Shown piece after piece: positions 46,224-64,000 of a stretch of 64,000 nucleotides of DNA. The notes under the pieces were generated by a model. That model made no database searches. It was given only the letters and a program-made list of their open reading frames with translations, and was not told the DNA's origin. This stretch comes from the human T2T-CHM13v2.0 reference genome, Homo sapiens. How positions within the stretch are numbered: position 1 is the first letter of the stretch; every line of letters starts with the position of its first letter. Where the stretch lies: NCBI RefSeq assembly GCF_009914755.1, contig NC_060933.1, one strand, 5' to 3'. The translations under genes and the position numbers were made by a program.

Positions 46224-47984
46224 TCTTCTGTCATCTTCTGATGGGAGAACTCAGCTTAGAGCAGGCATTGATTATTTCCGCCTCATTTTGCTGGAAAGAA
46301 TCATTGTGAGGCTGGCAGCTGAGGTGCACACAAGTCAGAAAGGGTTCTGGCAACAGCAAGAGATGTGCAGATCAAATTCAGGCAGTCCCAGTGGTGCTGA
46401 GTTCAAGTTCAAGAAACCGGAAAAGAGGAAAACTTGGGAAATCTGAAATCCTTGCAAAGGAGATCAAACCAAGGCTCTCTGAGGGTGGAGGCTTAGGCTG
46501 TGTTCAGTCTATGTGTGTGTAATTCATACAGTGTAATGCCTCCAAAAAAAAAGACTGAAGGAGGCTGGTAGCTTAGCGTAAGGGCTTCTTAAACAAGACT
46601 GCAGCTTTTCTAGGACCCCAGGGAGCCTAAGGAGGGTTGTTTGGCTCTGTCCTTTTGCATGGACTCTGTGGGCTCAAAGAGGGGCTCCTCTGGGAATGTA
46701 TCCTCTGATTCAGTTGAGGTGGGATTCATCTCTGTTCATTGATGAGCTCTGACTATCCCTTGTGAAGACAGCACTGCATCCTCCAATGTCATTTACTTTC
46801 ACATTTCAATGTAGGGTATAGATGTGCAGAGAATTTAACTTTCTTCTCCCGTGAGAAAGCAGCATCCTGACCTAACTCTTCTTGCTGGATGACTTTCTTG
46901 TCTTCCTTCCTGCACTTAGCAAGCTCCATCACCATGAGGATTGGGGGGACAGTGAGGCAGGAAGATGAGACAGAGAAAAGACATTTGAGATTTGACATCA
47001 CCGATCTTACTGTTGGAGAAATATTGTGTGACCTCCTCCACCTTTCTAATATCCATCTTACCAAAGTTAGCTGCTTGAGGTGGTATATGCCTTTTACATT
47101 ATTTGCCTCTAAGGGAAAAACTCAAAAGCCCAAAGTTCACCTGTTAGAACATAGTCCTTGTGAGGTTGTATCTCAAGATTTCCTTTATTCTTGTCAACAA
47201 ACTCAGAATAACTAAAGTTAAAGTTGCTTTATAACCTCTATTATTTCCATCCAAAACTAACATTTCCCTCCCATACCCACAAATTCCTCATTGCAATTTC
47301 ACCAGTACATTCCACTGGATATTAGCTACGCTGCATGAACCAAGGGTGCAGCCTCATTGTTGTTGTTTGTGTTGATGAGATGAGTAACAGAGAGTGCGCT
47401 CAGCACTTTAAAATGAATACTTGTGGCCAAAATATTAAAGCAAATAGCCTGAACCCCCACACCCCAGCCCCAGGCAAACATAAATTATGGTTAAACTTCC
47501 ATTACAGAGAACTCCACAAACATGGATTTGATTAATTTGCTGAGCAGTTCATGACCCTTATGTTATACTTTGCACTATGTAACAAAGAAGCTAAATCTTG
47601 AACAGCAAGCTTATTCATGGCACCCAGCCAGTTTCCTTCTCCCCTGTAAGTCTAACCCTCTGCTGCCCAGCACGAAGGAGAAATACTTGGAGATCTTAGC
47701 AGCATGAAAGCCTCTTTGTATCACTGGGATTGCAGCACGCATGATCAAGGCCCAGGGGTGATCACCAGGCCACACTGCTCCTAAGACAGAGGTACTCAGA
47801 TACGTGGCTGAAAGCCTAGCTCAAATACTGCCCCAGGTGAGCCTCTTTGCTGAGTAGCCCTACTCAAAGAACACAGCTTCCCCTGCCTAGGGAAGGCAGG
47901 GCTACTGGCAATAGATCTCCAGCCTAGCAGTGATGTACAGTCATGGTATTTTAAGAGAACACTTTGAATTTTTCTGTTGCTTGA

Positions 47985-48446
<462 letters not shown>

Positions 48447-48604
48447 TGACAGAGTTTTGGCCCATAGGATGCTCCAGAGCAGCATCTCAGTGAAGCACAT
48501 GTCAAACTTAGCTGGCATCACTGTGGAGTGTACTGTTTTGGTAACTCTCCCCATCAACGGAGATCTCACCAAAGGACATGTCCTCCTACCTCTGTCTTGT
48601 CCAG

Positions 48605-48734
48605 GGAAAACAGAGTTCTGACAAAGTCAGTACCCAAGTCCTGCAGAAGTCAAGGGATGTCAAGGCCCGGCTGGAAGAGGCTTTGCTCCGTGGGGAAGGG
48701 GCCAGAGGGGAGATGATGCGCCGCCGGGCTCCAG
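48605..48734 (+). CDS. DOCK8: DOCK8 coding exon (130 nt; [11 protein letters not shown]...EMMRRRAP)
   Basis: tgtccag|GGA acceptor, CAG|gtgtgt donor. Confidence 0.95.
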
Positions 48735-49696
48735 GTGTGTTGGACTGGCCCTTCCCTGCTCTCTGTCAAGCAGTTTTTCACTGTTTGTGGGGAGGAATGT
48801 CCTCCCAACATGATTAGACACCATTACTTTCTTGAGATATTTACGGTAGTGTCAGAGACAGCGGATTCTGGGAGTCTGTGTGTGACATTTGTGTTAGCCC
48901 TGTGCCTGTGAGGGAAAGCGCTGTTCTACAATTGTAGGAACCCTGAAAACAGCACCAAATGACATCTTTTAATTAAAACTCGTTGATGGTAAAAGGTCAC
49001 CTCTAAGAATGTCAGTCATGGATGAGGTGGAAGGTGTTTCCCTCAAGGCTGAGGCCTTTCTATGTGACCTTTGGCTAGTCTATCCGGAGCATGGTCAAGA
49101 AACTGAACAGTTCTGGCCCCAAGATCATCTTCTCGATCATTCAGGGCACTATTAGAATGGAACCAGTTCCCTGAAATGGCTTCAGAGTGTCCCAGTCATT
49201 CAAGGATTCCACCACAGGAGGAATGATCTCAAAAAGGCTGAGCTTGAATAGAATGAAATCCCCAGGTACCCTCAGTCTTATTCACCATGCTCAAAGTAAA
49301 ACAGAGTGACAGCTTATTGTATTCGAAGGGACACAGTGGCAGGGAACTTGGAGGGAGCTCATAGTTTTCAGTGGTGGTCAGGCACCCTCATTTGACACCC
49401 ATACTTTCATACCCAATAATTCAGTAAGCCCCCAGAGTTTCACAGGAATCCTCTGCTCATGAGAAATGTCTCTCTGACACTCAGAAAGGCAGAGGTTCTT
49501 CTTATATTCTAGTCTATCAATCAAAGAGCGGGCCAACTTGGACATAGGTGTGGCGACTTTGTCTCCTACCAGCAACCTGCATGGACTCTAATTAGCCCGA
49601 GAAATGGTGCTGAGGCTTCTCAGTTGAGCTTGTTATGAACTTCTGGTTATCTTGGAGGGTTTCATGCTAATCAAATTCCTATCATGCATTTCTTAA

Positions 49697-49792
<96 letters not shown>

Positions 49793-50369
49793 TGAGTCAC
49801 TCGGCAACTTTCTGCTACTTTTACCTAAAGTCCAAAACTATTTTTCCCAGGCTGCTTGTATTACTGAAACAACTGCATCCTTCCAAGGGTTAGAAAATGA
49901 AACATCATTATCTGTGTAAATACAATTCATCCAGGGACCCAGGATAATCAAAGGTATAGGGAGTTGTGGTTTCCAGCTCTTAAAAATTTGTCACATTGAT
50001 AAGCATGTAAAGAAAACTAATATTTCTTTAGCAACCTCAGATGGCTTAATAAAAGCAGCTGATTTTGCAGGGAGGGTAGCAGGGAAATAGAGAAAGCAGG
50101 ACACGGTGCCTAGGACCGTATACTTTCAAATCGATATTTCCTTTCTGGAAATATGTACAAGATATACATTCAGATATATTTATGTCAGTGCTACTTAAAG
50201 TTGTTTTTTAAAATTGAAAACATTCTAAATGCTCCAGAATAGAAAAATATATTTAAAAGTTGGATTGCCATCAAAATGTTTTAAAATCATCTTAATGACA
50301 TGGGGAAATGCTTATGACATAATGTTAAATGAACAAAGGCAGGGTAGACACTTGGTTTTCTAGTAGTGT

Positions 50370-50705
<336 letters not shown>

Positions 50706-52041
50706 CTAGAAGGAAATTTACCAAAATATTAATTGCGGTTTTCTTTGGGTGCTGGGAATATCGGTAATTGATGTTTTCTCTTTTATACTTTGCTATGTTT
50801 CCTACAGTAGATGTGTATTATAATATATATTGTTACCAGAAAAAAAATTATAAAGAAATGAAAGAATAAAAAAACCTGTTTGGATCAAAATCTATGCTAT
50901 AAATGAATAGATATATTGACGTGTATTGCTATATATGCAACAATTTAGACATATGAAAGCTAAAAGTATATATGTTTGACTAGATAGCACATGTTTCCGA
51001 TACCGTTTAGCCACAGGTAGCCTAATGAGTCCCAGGGTTTGCTGAGCAAAATGTCGTAGAGCTAAAATCACCCCTCACACACAGTTGACAAGGTAGGATA
51101 CCCCATGGGTGATGAAGCACCCATCAAAGGGGGTATGGGGCAGACTTGATTAGCAGTGCTGTTTTGTAAATAAATGTGAGTTAATATCTTTATTGTTACC
51201 ACAAGAATGAATCATTCTGGTTAACTTATGGGACTTTGGGGAGTCACATTTATTTTAAAACATTAAAGAAATAAGTATATTTTTATTATAGATGTGACTT
51301 GGAAACCCAGTTGTTGGTATCATGCCTATTTGCTTTGGGTATGTTATTCTTGCACTAAATTCCCTGGACTGATTTATAAAATACTTGGATCGGAGAGTCC
51401 ATACATTCTACTTCGGGCAATGAACAACAACTACAAAATATGCATGCCGTGGGTGCTACAGAATTGCTTAGGTGGTTTAGCTCATCTACTCTACTAGATT
51501 AAAAGAAGACCCCTAAGTAGGCCTGTTTTGCCTGGGCTGTGTAAACTGGTGTTTTGGAAAACCTTTCCCTTTTGCTTGCAGGAGCAACACAATATTGGTC
51601 CTTACCACGCATGGCCTACCGGTTTGCTCTAGGTTAGTTCTCAGCCCTGCGCTACCTGGTGGGCTGCTGGTTGTCAGAGCTAATGATTCACATCTACAAA
51701 TTCTCAGGGGCTTTGTGCTTTTTTTTTTTTTTTAAAAGGGAAACCATAGTAAAATTATAACTGTTCAACCTACCTACCTGGAAAATTTATAATTATAATA
51801 ATGGTGTCTTTCACCCTCTTTCTGATCATTTTTCGATTATTTTGGCTCTGTTTCTTTTAGAGCAATGATCTTCAACTTAGGCTGCACATTAGAATCACCT
51901 GGGGAGCTTTAAAACCTGTCAGTGCCCAGCTGCACCCTAGACTACTTCAATTGGAAACTCCAGCAGGACCCAGAAATCAGTATTTGGTAAAACTTCCCAG
52001 GTGATTCTATTGCCACCAAATCCATTGTTTTAAAGGAATAG

Positions 52042-52393
<352 letters not shown>

Positions 52394-52539
52394 TAGTGTT
52401 AGTGATGGTTGCACAATATGAATGTACTTAACACTACTGAACTGTATACTTACAAATGGTTAAGATGGTAAATTTTTATGTTAGGTGTACTTTATCACAA
52501 TACAAAAATTTGGGAAAAAACAGATTAGGACACTCTAGA

Positions 52540-52858
52540 TTTGTGCTGTCCAATACAGTAGCCATTAGCCACATGTGACTATCAAATGCTTGAAATATGG
52601 CTAGTTCAAATTGAGATAATAAATCAAGATAAGTGAAAAATACGCACCAGATTTTGAAGGCTTATTGTGAATAAAAGAATAAAATATTTCACTAGTAATT
52701 TTTATATTGCTTACATGGAGACAGTATTTTTTATCTTTTAGGATAAACAAAATATATTAAAAATAATTTCACTTTTTCTTTACTTTTTTAATGTGGTTAC
52801 CACAATATATAAAATGACATATGTGGCCCCCATTGTTTCTACTAGACAGCATTGCTCT
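52540..52858. mobile_element. MER3/MER33-like hAT-Charlie fossil
   Basis: GTGCTGTCCAATA...GCCATTAGCCACATGTG start and CTAGACAGCA end. Confidence 0.65.
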
Positions 52859-52906
52859 AAATTTAAAACTAAACTAGCAGTCAATTAATTAAAAAGGATG
52901 ATAAGG

Positions 52907-53214
<308 letters not shown>

Positions 53215-53279
53215 GGATGATGAGGTTAAAATGGTAAATTTGATGTTATGTGTACTTTATCACGATATAAAAATTTGAT

Positions 53280-53436
53280 GGCTCATGCCTGTGGTCCCAG
53301 ATACTCAGGAGGCTAAGGCAGAGCATCACTTGAGCCCAGGAGTTCGAGGCTTCAGTGAGCTATGATAGTGCCACTGCACTCTAGCCTGGGTGATAGAGCA
53401 AGACCCTGTCTCTAAGGAAAAAAAAAAAAAAAAAAC
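53280..53436 (+). mobile_element. Alu monomer (FRAM/AluJ right-arm-like)
   Basis: single arm with A tail. Confidence 0.85.
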
Positions 53437-54518
53437 TTTTAGATTTCATTTATTTTACACATATATTATCACTTGGAAAATGAGAAAAAGTGTCAAGTGG
53501 CTTGGGACCAGAGAGCCTATCCTAAACATGAAAACAAGTAAAACACACAGAAGTACTTATTTTTTGAGTCCTCAGTGGTATGTAAGCAGCTGCAGTGCCC
53601 CCATTATTAGGTTAATGGGACGCAAGAACAGGTAAGTGGTAACCCTGGCCCAGGACATATGAGCTGATATAATGATACCCCAACCCCATGGTAACATCTT
53701 GGCTACTGAGGCATCTTGGTAAAGTCAATTCTTCATACCTCCCTTTCCTTGCAACTAGATTTGGATGATGATACAAAATATCCCTTTACAGCTTCACTTA
53801 GATTTCATAAGAATGGATGGGCTAGCAAAAAAAACCATTCTGATTCCTTAAAGTGAAACCTAATAGAGGAGTGAGCACCAGGCAATTTCCCATTCCCTAG
53901 TGGGCAATGACCAGTAATGTCCGGCAGGATATTAGATCACCTGCCCTACAGGAATACAGTCTTGTTTCCCAATGGAAAAGGACGAAAGACCCCACGCACT
54001 TGGCTGAGCAACCTCAAGGTGATCTTTGGGAAGTTAAGAGGCTGACTCTCCCCTGACTTGGCTCTGAAGCTCCACCCTTTCCTAACCCAGCCGCATCACT
54101 GCCAAGTTCACATCACATCCAGTCTCACTCTCTCTCGCATGTTGCAGGGGCTTCCCCTTACTCAGATCTAGCAATGGTTTTCATGCGTGAAATACAGCCA
54201 TGGCCCTGAGGCTTTAGGCAACAATCTGAGAGGGGAGCTTAATTGCTAGTAGCAACTAATAACTGCTTCTCTACCCATAGTGTTATTTTTATAATTGTCC
54301 TCATCATTATTAATAATAGTGGGGATGAGGATGACCAGGAAACCTTACCTAGACAGTTGTTTCGACAAGACATGAATCACAGAAGGCACCTGCACTCTAG
54401 TTACTCAGGGCCAGTTGCTCTGTTTTCATTTCAAGGTTGACTATTTTGGAGATTTCTTTACACCTTGGTGTATAGATTGCCATCATGGGAACCTGGCCAG
54501 GTTTGACATGCGCTTTAA

Positions 54519-54740
<222 letters not shown>

Positions 54741-55874
54741 TAGTACCTTTTTTAAAAAAATGAAGTTGAGAAGTTTACTATTTACAACAGTGTCTACCTT
54801 ATAAATTCCAGAGATACCAAACATTCTTCTGGCTTCTTTGACTTAGGGCTTACTTGGAGAGGGTTAGGTGTTTGGCCAGCTGACCCTCTTGGTTAAATCT
54901 GTGTGAGTATGTACCAAGTTTATAATATGGATGTTGGGTTTATCGTTTAGTATCTAGAACAGTAGTGGTAAGTAGAATTTTTTCTGATGGGTCAACTCCA
55001 GTTGAATGATGGTCACTGTCTGATATGGGAGCTATGATTATGACTAGGCTAGGTAAAAAGAGTGCTAAATTTGACAAATGATGTCTTCTTTGGACTTAAA
55101 TTTGTTAAGGAAAGTCATTTGTACCATGAATTTGCCATCCCTGCTGTAGAAAAATATAGCTTTGTGAACTTTGTACCATACTAATTTTATCTTCTATGTG
55201 ATTATTTCCACAAATTCCCAAGCTGTCTAGGTAATAATGAGTTTTTAATTACCCTGAAAAATGAGTTCTTACATGTTTCCATTGAGAAGTCATTCATTAG
55301 AGTAGGTCCAGGATTGCTTTTAGGGCTAGAAGAAATATCGTTGAAACACAGTGAAATCTTAATTCTCTAACTTTTGAATTGTCTAAAATCAAAGTAATCA
55401 TCATACAAAAATAAACACAAAAAGTATGTGATATTTTTGTTGACTTTAATATCTTTGATAACTTAAATGCTTGGTATCACATTTACCTTATCTTTATATA
55501 GCACAATATTAGGTGCCAAATATCTATACTAGCCCCCAAATATATTTGCAGTTTTCAAAGAAAGCTGAAACCTTTTGTTATTATCCTTGGTGTTGTTAGT
55601 CCTTCTGTAGGTGATAAACAAGCTTCTATTTAGAAACATTGCTGCCACCAAGCAGCCCCTGTTGTACTGGGAAGCCCACAATTGTGTTTTGCATCCCATA
55701 AGGAAAGCTATGTCTTGTATACAAAGAAAGAACTTTCCAAAAGATGTGACCCAGGATGAGGGAGATGGGCCTTATACCTTCATTTAGGAACCCAGAATTA
55801 GGTATAAATCCCAAACTCATTGGAAGCATTGAAATAAAGCCATTTGGAAATAGGTCTTCAGTTCCCATGGTTAA

Positions 55875-56183
<309 letters not shown>

Positions 56184-56617
56184 TAATTAAGAGTAAGATT
56201 CTCATCTAGCTTCATACTTCTCTCTTCAGGTGGACCAAAAGTCACAGAGCATATTAAGTGGCATCACAGTAAAGGTCTTAAGTCTTCCTAGGAAGAAAGC
56301 AGATGCCCTGATTCTGTGGGAAGCCACCATGGAGAGGAAAAGCAGTGGCTCCCATATTTGAAGTGTGGACCTAACTCTAGAAGTTTAAAATGGCCATTTG
56401 CTGAAGGTCTATGACATGAGAACAGAGATCAACTGAGTGACTTAGCAATTTCACTCTTTCTCTGTAATACCTCTGCTGAGTGAGATTAAATCCTCTATGT
56501 GACGCCCATTAGTCTTACAAAATGTCATGCCATAAAATGCCAGGAAGGTCAGAAATGAATTTCTCACGGCCTGAGGAATGAGGATTATCCTGGGGTAACA
56601 TGCAGATTATTTTTCCC

Positions 56618-56923
56618 TTTATTTATTTATTTATTTATTTTTGAGACTGAGTCTCGCTCTATCGCCCAGGCTGGAGTGCAGTGGTACCATCTCAGCTCAC
56701 TGCAGCCTCTGCGCCCTGGGCTCAAGCGATTCTCATGCCTCAGCCTCCTGAGTATTGGGATTATAGGCGTGTGCCACCGCACCCAGCTAATTTTTGTATT
56801 TTTAGTAGAGACAGGGTTTCACCATGTTGGCCAGGCTGGTCTTGAACTCCTGACCTCAAGTGATCCACCTGCCTCAGCCTCCCAAAGCACTGGGATTACA
56901 GGCGTGAGCCCCCGTTCCTGGCC
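56618..56923 (-). mobile_element. Alu
   Basis: antisense dimer, TSD TATTTTTCCCTTTATT. Confidence 0.93.
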
Positions 56924-57358
56924 TATTTTTCCCTTTATTGAAGATCTCAATTGGTGCCTTCTACATGGGGTCTTTTAAATTTAAAAAGTAAAATTCTTCT
57001 GCTCATCCTTCTCAGGACCATTTTCTCTTTCTTCATCACCAGTAATTTCCCAGGAACCCAAGAAACTCAGGTTTCCTTCCATCATAGTTGTGATTTCACC
57101 AGTGAATGCGACCTGGCTCACAGTGCAGTTAATAACACAGCTCTGACCCTTTTAGCTGGACAGTTCATTATTAAATCTCAAGTCTACTCCATTGCTTAAA
57201 TCCATCTTCTGATTCACATAGCTCATTATCTTTGTGGAATAATGCATTAACTCTTCTAGGCTTTTTGCTTGTCCAAATGGACATTTGCATATTTCAACGG
57301 TCCAGAAAGTGTATCAAACTGCCAAGTGATGCCTAATGGCCCTTTATGTCTCTCCTAG

Positions 57359-57529
<171 letters not shown>

Positions 57530-57749
57530 TGAGTGACCTGGAATCAGTAGAGAAAAATTGATGTAAAGCATCAGCTGCGAAAAAAAATAAGGAAATGTTG
57601 CAGTATTGCAGTTTACTTCTGTCCTGTGAGAAAGAAACAATTGAGTATGTAGATAGATAGCAGCTTCCATTTTAATTTGCATCTAAAAGTGAATTCATCA
57701 GATAAATGCAGTGGTCTCTGTCAGTGTGTTTCTAAAATAGACAGCCAGG

Positions 57750-58350
<601 letters not shown>

Positions 58351-58517
58351 ATGGAAGAGTATTTTAGATTAAAAGTTATCATCTGTGGGGGAAAAAATAC
58401 AATAGACAGGTTAGAATTCAGAAGAGTGTTTCCTGTTTCTAAATTCTGACTAGCTAGTGCCAGAATGACCTGTGGAAGAGGATTTTAAATGATCGGTGTC
58501 ATCTAACCTGAGTTTTA

Positions 58518-58830
58518 TTTTAATATTTTATTTATTTATTTATTGATACAGTGTCTTGCTCTGTCACCCAGGCTGGAGTGTAGTGGCACTATCAGAGCTC
58601 ACTGCAGCCTTCAACTCCTGGGCTCAAATGATCCTCCTACTTCAGCCTCCCATGTAGTAACTGGGATTACAGGCACGAGCCACCTTACCCAGCTAATTTT
58701 TTTTGCATTTTTGTTGAGACAGGGTCTTGCTGCATGCCCAGGCTGGTCTAGAACACCTGAGCTCAAGTGATCTTCCCTCCTCAGCCCCCCAAAGTACTGA
58801 GATTATAGGCATGAGCCATCCTGCCTAGCC
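58518..58830 (-). mobile_element. AluJ-like
   Basis: antisense dimer, TGAGTTTTATT on both flanks. Confidence 0.9.
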
Positions 58831-59171
58831 AAGACTTGAGTTTTATTCAAAGCTACGAAGACTTTGGAGTTCAGCTTTATTATAGAACAGTCAAGTTTGC
58901 TTTAGTTTGTCTAGATTTTGATACATTCTTTGGAATTTCCATTTGTGGCCATGTTAATAAGTATGCTCAAGTGATATATAAAGATAAATTGGCCCATGGA
59001 AAAAAGTCAGCCTCCTCCAAATGTATTAGGGATGATTATTTAAAAGACATTCCTCAGGGGACCTTGAGGTAGCCATGTTTTTCCATGGGCCTGTAAAGAA
59101 AGAAGAAACAAAACCTTGTTGCTTACCCGGAGTTCAAAATCTCAGAAATGCTGGCCACAGAAGTCCCCTGA

Positions 59172-59472
<301 letters not shown>

Positions 59473-59820
59473 TAAATAAAGTCCCAAGAAGAAACTCTTG
59501 GCACGAAAGGATATACCGTATTCTTGGACCCAACTTTATAAGAATCTTCCAGCTTGCAGCACAAAGGCAGCCCAGTCCTCAATGAAAATTTAAAGGGAGC
59601 CTGACAGATTTATGTGAGAGCAATGTCCATTTAAACCATTTAAACAACAATATGAATGTTGTGCAAAGTGTAGCTCCCATTTCATTGAGAGAAGAGGAAA
59701 TAATTAAGACGGGGCAAAGGAAACACTGAGGAGTTGTCTGTGTCTGGCCATGCTGCTTTCAGTTATCTACTGCTAAGTGTGTCTTATTTACTTCATCTTT
59801 TTTTTTTTTCACTGATGCAG

Positions 59821-59979
59821 AATTTTGCAAGAGTAAAGATGCAAGTAACCATGTCCCTGGCATCTTTGGTGGGAAGAGCACCAGACTTTAATGAAGAGCA
59901 CCTGAGAAGATCCTTGAGGACAATTTTGGCCTATTCAGAAGAGGACACAGCCATGCAGATGACTCCTTTTCCCACCCAG
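59821..59979 (+). CDS. DOCK8: DOCK8 coding exon (159 nt; [18 protein letters not shown]...TPFPTQ)
   Basis: poly-T tract + gatgcag|AAT acceptor, CAG|gtacag donor. Confidence 0.96.
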
Positions 59980-61511
59980 GTACAGCGAAGCACATACCTT
60001 GTCTCATGCATGAGTTTGGGATCTGCCAACTATTGTGTATGTATGTATGTACATATATACACAATTTATATATAAATATATAACATTTGCAAGTATTTAT
60101 TGTCCAATATGCATGTGCTCTCAGCACTCTGAGAGGTTTTAAAAAGAAATACATCCACCACTGTCCCCAGTCTCAATATGCTAACAGTCTATTTGGAGTG
60201 CTCAGTCTCAAAACAGTTAGGAGGCAGTACAAGACAAGTGATACATAAGTGCAAACTGTGTGGTAAGGAGCTAAATGCTGTGTAAGGTTAGAGGAAGAGA
60301 GGTCGTGATCAATAAACAATCTGGTGGCCAGGAAAGCCTGCAGGGAGGGATGACACTAAAGGCTGGGGTAGGATTCCGCTAGGCAGGGGAAAAGTGAGGG
60401 GGAAATTGTGAGTAGTTGAAACAATGAATTGTTTGTATCTGTAGGGATGGTAAAGGGACCAGCTTGTCTGGTGAGGGGTAAGGAAGGGCCGAGTTTGAGA
60501 GAGCTTGTAAACAAGGTTGTCCTAAGGAAATGTGTAAGGACAGTCATCTCTTCCATGTCCATTACGATGACCATGGAACTCTAGCCTGTCCCATTTGTCT
60601 TTTAACTCCAGCTCCTAGCCTGCTCTATGGTAGGGTCTTAATTAAGTGAGAATGAATGAATGAATGTTTTCTTTTATTCCCTTAGTCTGAGAACCCTATT
60701 TCCGGAGTCTGTTTTGCCCTCTCGGGCAATGTTGCATCCTCATTCTCAGAATCTTTTTCCTCTCCTCTACATCAAATCGTTCCTCTCTCATTTCATCTTG
60801 ACCATACTCCTTTAGTTCCATCATTTATATAGAGGTATTCACCAACAAGACCAATCAAACTATGGGCAGTTTAATAAAGGTCTTCAGTGCCTTCACCCAA
60901 TGAAATGACTCTAGTGGTAGAAATTTTAGGAGCCCTGGCAAGCTGGCAGAGGGGAACGGGGATAAGACAACATTCTGTGGCTGAGTTACCTGCCAGGGTC
61001 TATAGATCAAGCCATAGTCTCTCCCTGTTTTTGTACTGCAGGCTCCCCTGGACCTCCACTGTTGGTTTTATAATTAAGAATAAATGATTACAAGAGGTTC
61101 TAAAATCTCTGAAGCCCTGGGAAGATCCAGGAGGCTTCTGAGACATGGAACTCAAGCTGAGGTCCTAAGCTGCTTCCTACTTGGTATAAAAATCCCTGAT
61201 ATTCCAGAGTAGAGTTTAGAACTTTTCAGGTTACAAATAACTGAAACTGGTTCAAACTAATTTAAACAAAAATGTTGGAGATAGAGATAGTATGAGGATT
61301 CAGGCAGATTTCTGGATCTCAAGGGCCAACACACATCCAGGTCTCATAAACACCTGGGCTGGTGAAGATGAAAACTACAGAGTCAGGTCTAGATGACTCC
61401 GCCATCCCTAGTCTCTGCTGCCCTCTGATCCAACCCTTCCCATGGCTTCCCCTTGCATTTCAATGTAATCCTAACTCTTCACCTGGGACTACAAAGCTAA
61501 GATTATTTTGA

Positions 61512-61631
<120 letters not shown>

Positions 61632-62378
61632 TGAGCTTTCCTGACACACTCAAGGGACACCATTTGGGGGTCGAGGATTTGTCACTGTGGAGTTCTTACT
61701 AATGTAATGATCACAGCTAACATGGATATAGTGATTTGGATGATAGCCAAATAATATATAGAAATTAAACATTCAGAGTAGGTTAATTCATATGTAAGTT
61801 TTCAGAAGGATCTCCCTAATTTAAAGTGAGGCATAATAATGTTATTAAATATAATAACATTATTAAATATAATAACGCTATCTTCTACTTACCACAGAAT
61901 CAGAGAAAGAATAATTAACTGTTATAGGAATTATTTTCCATATGCTTTTGTTCCAATTATATTCAGACATACATATATAGTTTTACTTTAGAAATCATTT
62001 TTTACGCGTAGTTTAAAAGTTGGTCTTCCAGTCCTTGTTCAGGAGAAATTACTTACAGAGGCAAAATTGTTCTGATGCAACATCATACAAAGGGCAGTAC
62101 TTTTGTCTTCTGTTTTATTTTGAGAGAAAGGAAAGAAAAGGCAGAAATTTGCCTGAGAGCCATTAAAATAGACATCATGTTATCAGGTATTTTTTCCCCA
62201 TAAGGCTTTTACTAAGTACTATTTCTTGGAGGTCAGCACAGCTTAAACATGGAATAAAAATAGTTGGACTAATAAATGTTTTCTTCTGTCTCGTTTTCTG
62301 GAAATATAGGGCAAAATCTCAGGTGGAGGGGTACAGGGAACTCTTGGGGAGAAAAAAAGAAAAGGTCACACAAAGTAG

Positions 62379-62654
<276 letters not shown>

Positions 62655-62659
62655 TAGAG

Positions 62660-62878
62660 CAGTGGTTCTCAACTGGGGCGATTTTGTCCCCCAGCCCCAG
62701 GGACATTTGGCAATGTCTAGATACATTTTTGGTTATCACAACTGGGATGGGTGAGTAGGTGCTACTGGCATCTGACTGGTAGAAGCCAGGATGCTGTGAA
62801 ACATTCTGCAATAGGAGAGCTCCCCTGACAAAGAATTGTCTGGCCCCAAATGTCTGTAGTGCTAAGGTTGAAAAATTC
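62660..62878. mobile_element. MER20-like hAT-Charlie fossil
   Basis: CAGTGGTTCTCAACTGGGGCGATTTTGTCCCC...GGACATTTGGCAATGTCT...GGCCCCAAATGTC. Confidence 0.85.
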
Positions 62879-62959
62879 CAAGTTCATACATTACATTTGC
62901 TTCTTCTAATTGCTTTCCCATCGTCGTTGGGTTTTTTTTAAATTACTGTTTACAATAAT

Positions 62960-63135
62960 GGCACCTAGCCATTATTAATAGCACTTTAGGAGACATTTGC
63001 AAACACTTTCACATGCATGGCTTCATTTGAACCTCCCCGTAAAGCTGTGAGGCAGGTAGGTAGGGAAGGCGGTTATTATTCCCACTTCGCGGATGAGAGA
63101 ACTGAGAGAGCAAGTTTTCTAAGGTCACTTAAACT
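62960..63135 (-). mobile_element. MIR fragment
   Basis: TTATTATTCCCACTTCGCGGATGAGAGAACTGAG resembles the MIR core; boundaries approximate. Confidence 0.65.
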
Positions 63136-64000
63136 CTTTTTCAAAGACTTGTAGTTGACACAGTATACTGACATTGTGAAAGTTTGGAAAACATTGGATA
63201 AATGATTTTCCTCCTGGCCCATTCATTTGATTCCACTCTTCAACTTTATAGGGGCCCACTCTCCAATCCAAAAATCAAGAAAGAATCAAATTGACCTGAG
63301 AAGGGAGACAAAAGGCTGAATCAGTACCTTCTTAGGATAAGCTGAAAATTACCCACATTTGGCAAAGGGAAATTGTCTGCCAGACCTAAAAGCTGGCTCG
63401 GATGGGGATGCTCAGTGGCCACTTAAAGTGTTCTTACTGAATAGTTTAATAGTCTTTAGAGAGAGAGAAAATAAAAAAGCACAATGTTGGGTACTTTTTT
63501 TGTAAGAGACATAGTTTGTAGAGATGACCATCCCTGAAACCATGAACAATATAGCTACAGTAATAGAGTGTTTTTCAAGCCAGACTCACGAAGTCATTTA
63601 CAAGGGTTTGTATTATTCTTGTTTGAATTTACATGGCTGATTTTATGAAAAGCTTTGTTCTTGTTATTGTTCTTCAACACAATTTTGTGATGTTGTATGA
63701 ACCAGAAAGAAAGAACAATTCAAAGTAGCTTCCCCAGGCTTAGAGAATAAGTCACTGAAACTATGCTGGTGCAGCCAAGAGCTTCTGGTTTTCCAGAACA
63801 CAGCAAAGCTGGGTATTGCCTCCTATGAATAACTCCTCCTTTCTTATGGTCCTCAAGAACAAAAATAGTCATTCTGTGATTTCATGCTTGGCAAATGAAT
63901 TTTCTTCTTAATTCAGAAATGTTTGTTATAAAAGCTGATAATTAAATCTCATCCAAAAGCATAAAAATAACACCTGATTTCAAATCACATAGAAGTGTAC

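Overview
Human/primate genomic DNA: a 64-kb internal segment of the DOCK8 gene (+ strand; DOCK-C family Cdc42 GEF). I traced 20 consecutive GT-AG coding exons (632..62630) by hand. They splice into one uninterrupted 2874-nt (958-codon) frame, running from just after the DHR-1/C2 region into the start of the DHR-2 GEF domain. From recollection of the reference transcript these are probably exons 20-39; that numbering is not verified here. Introns hold about 30 Alus, L1/L2/MIR and MER DNA-transposon fossils. Most ORF-track entries are repeat-derived noise. The stand-out structure is a ~5.3-kb layered (ACC/TCC/ATC)n triplet array (23.5-28.9 kb). It has a 198-bp higher-order period on its left flank, PRDM9 13-mer matches, perfect triplet phase, an antisense strong-Kozak polyglycine ORF, and cryptic acceptors in frame with the upstream DOCK8 exon. 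Also notable: a 13x61-bp minisatellite grown inside an Alu, a 4x67-bp repeat that builds decoy splice acceptors, a nested ~270-bp palindrome, a tailless 5S rRNA retrocopy, a twin-primed L1 and exon-bracketing inverted Alus. No functional claim here is proven by sequence alone.
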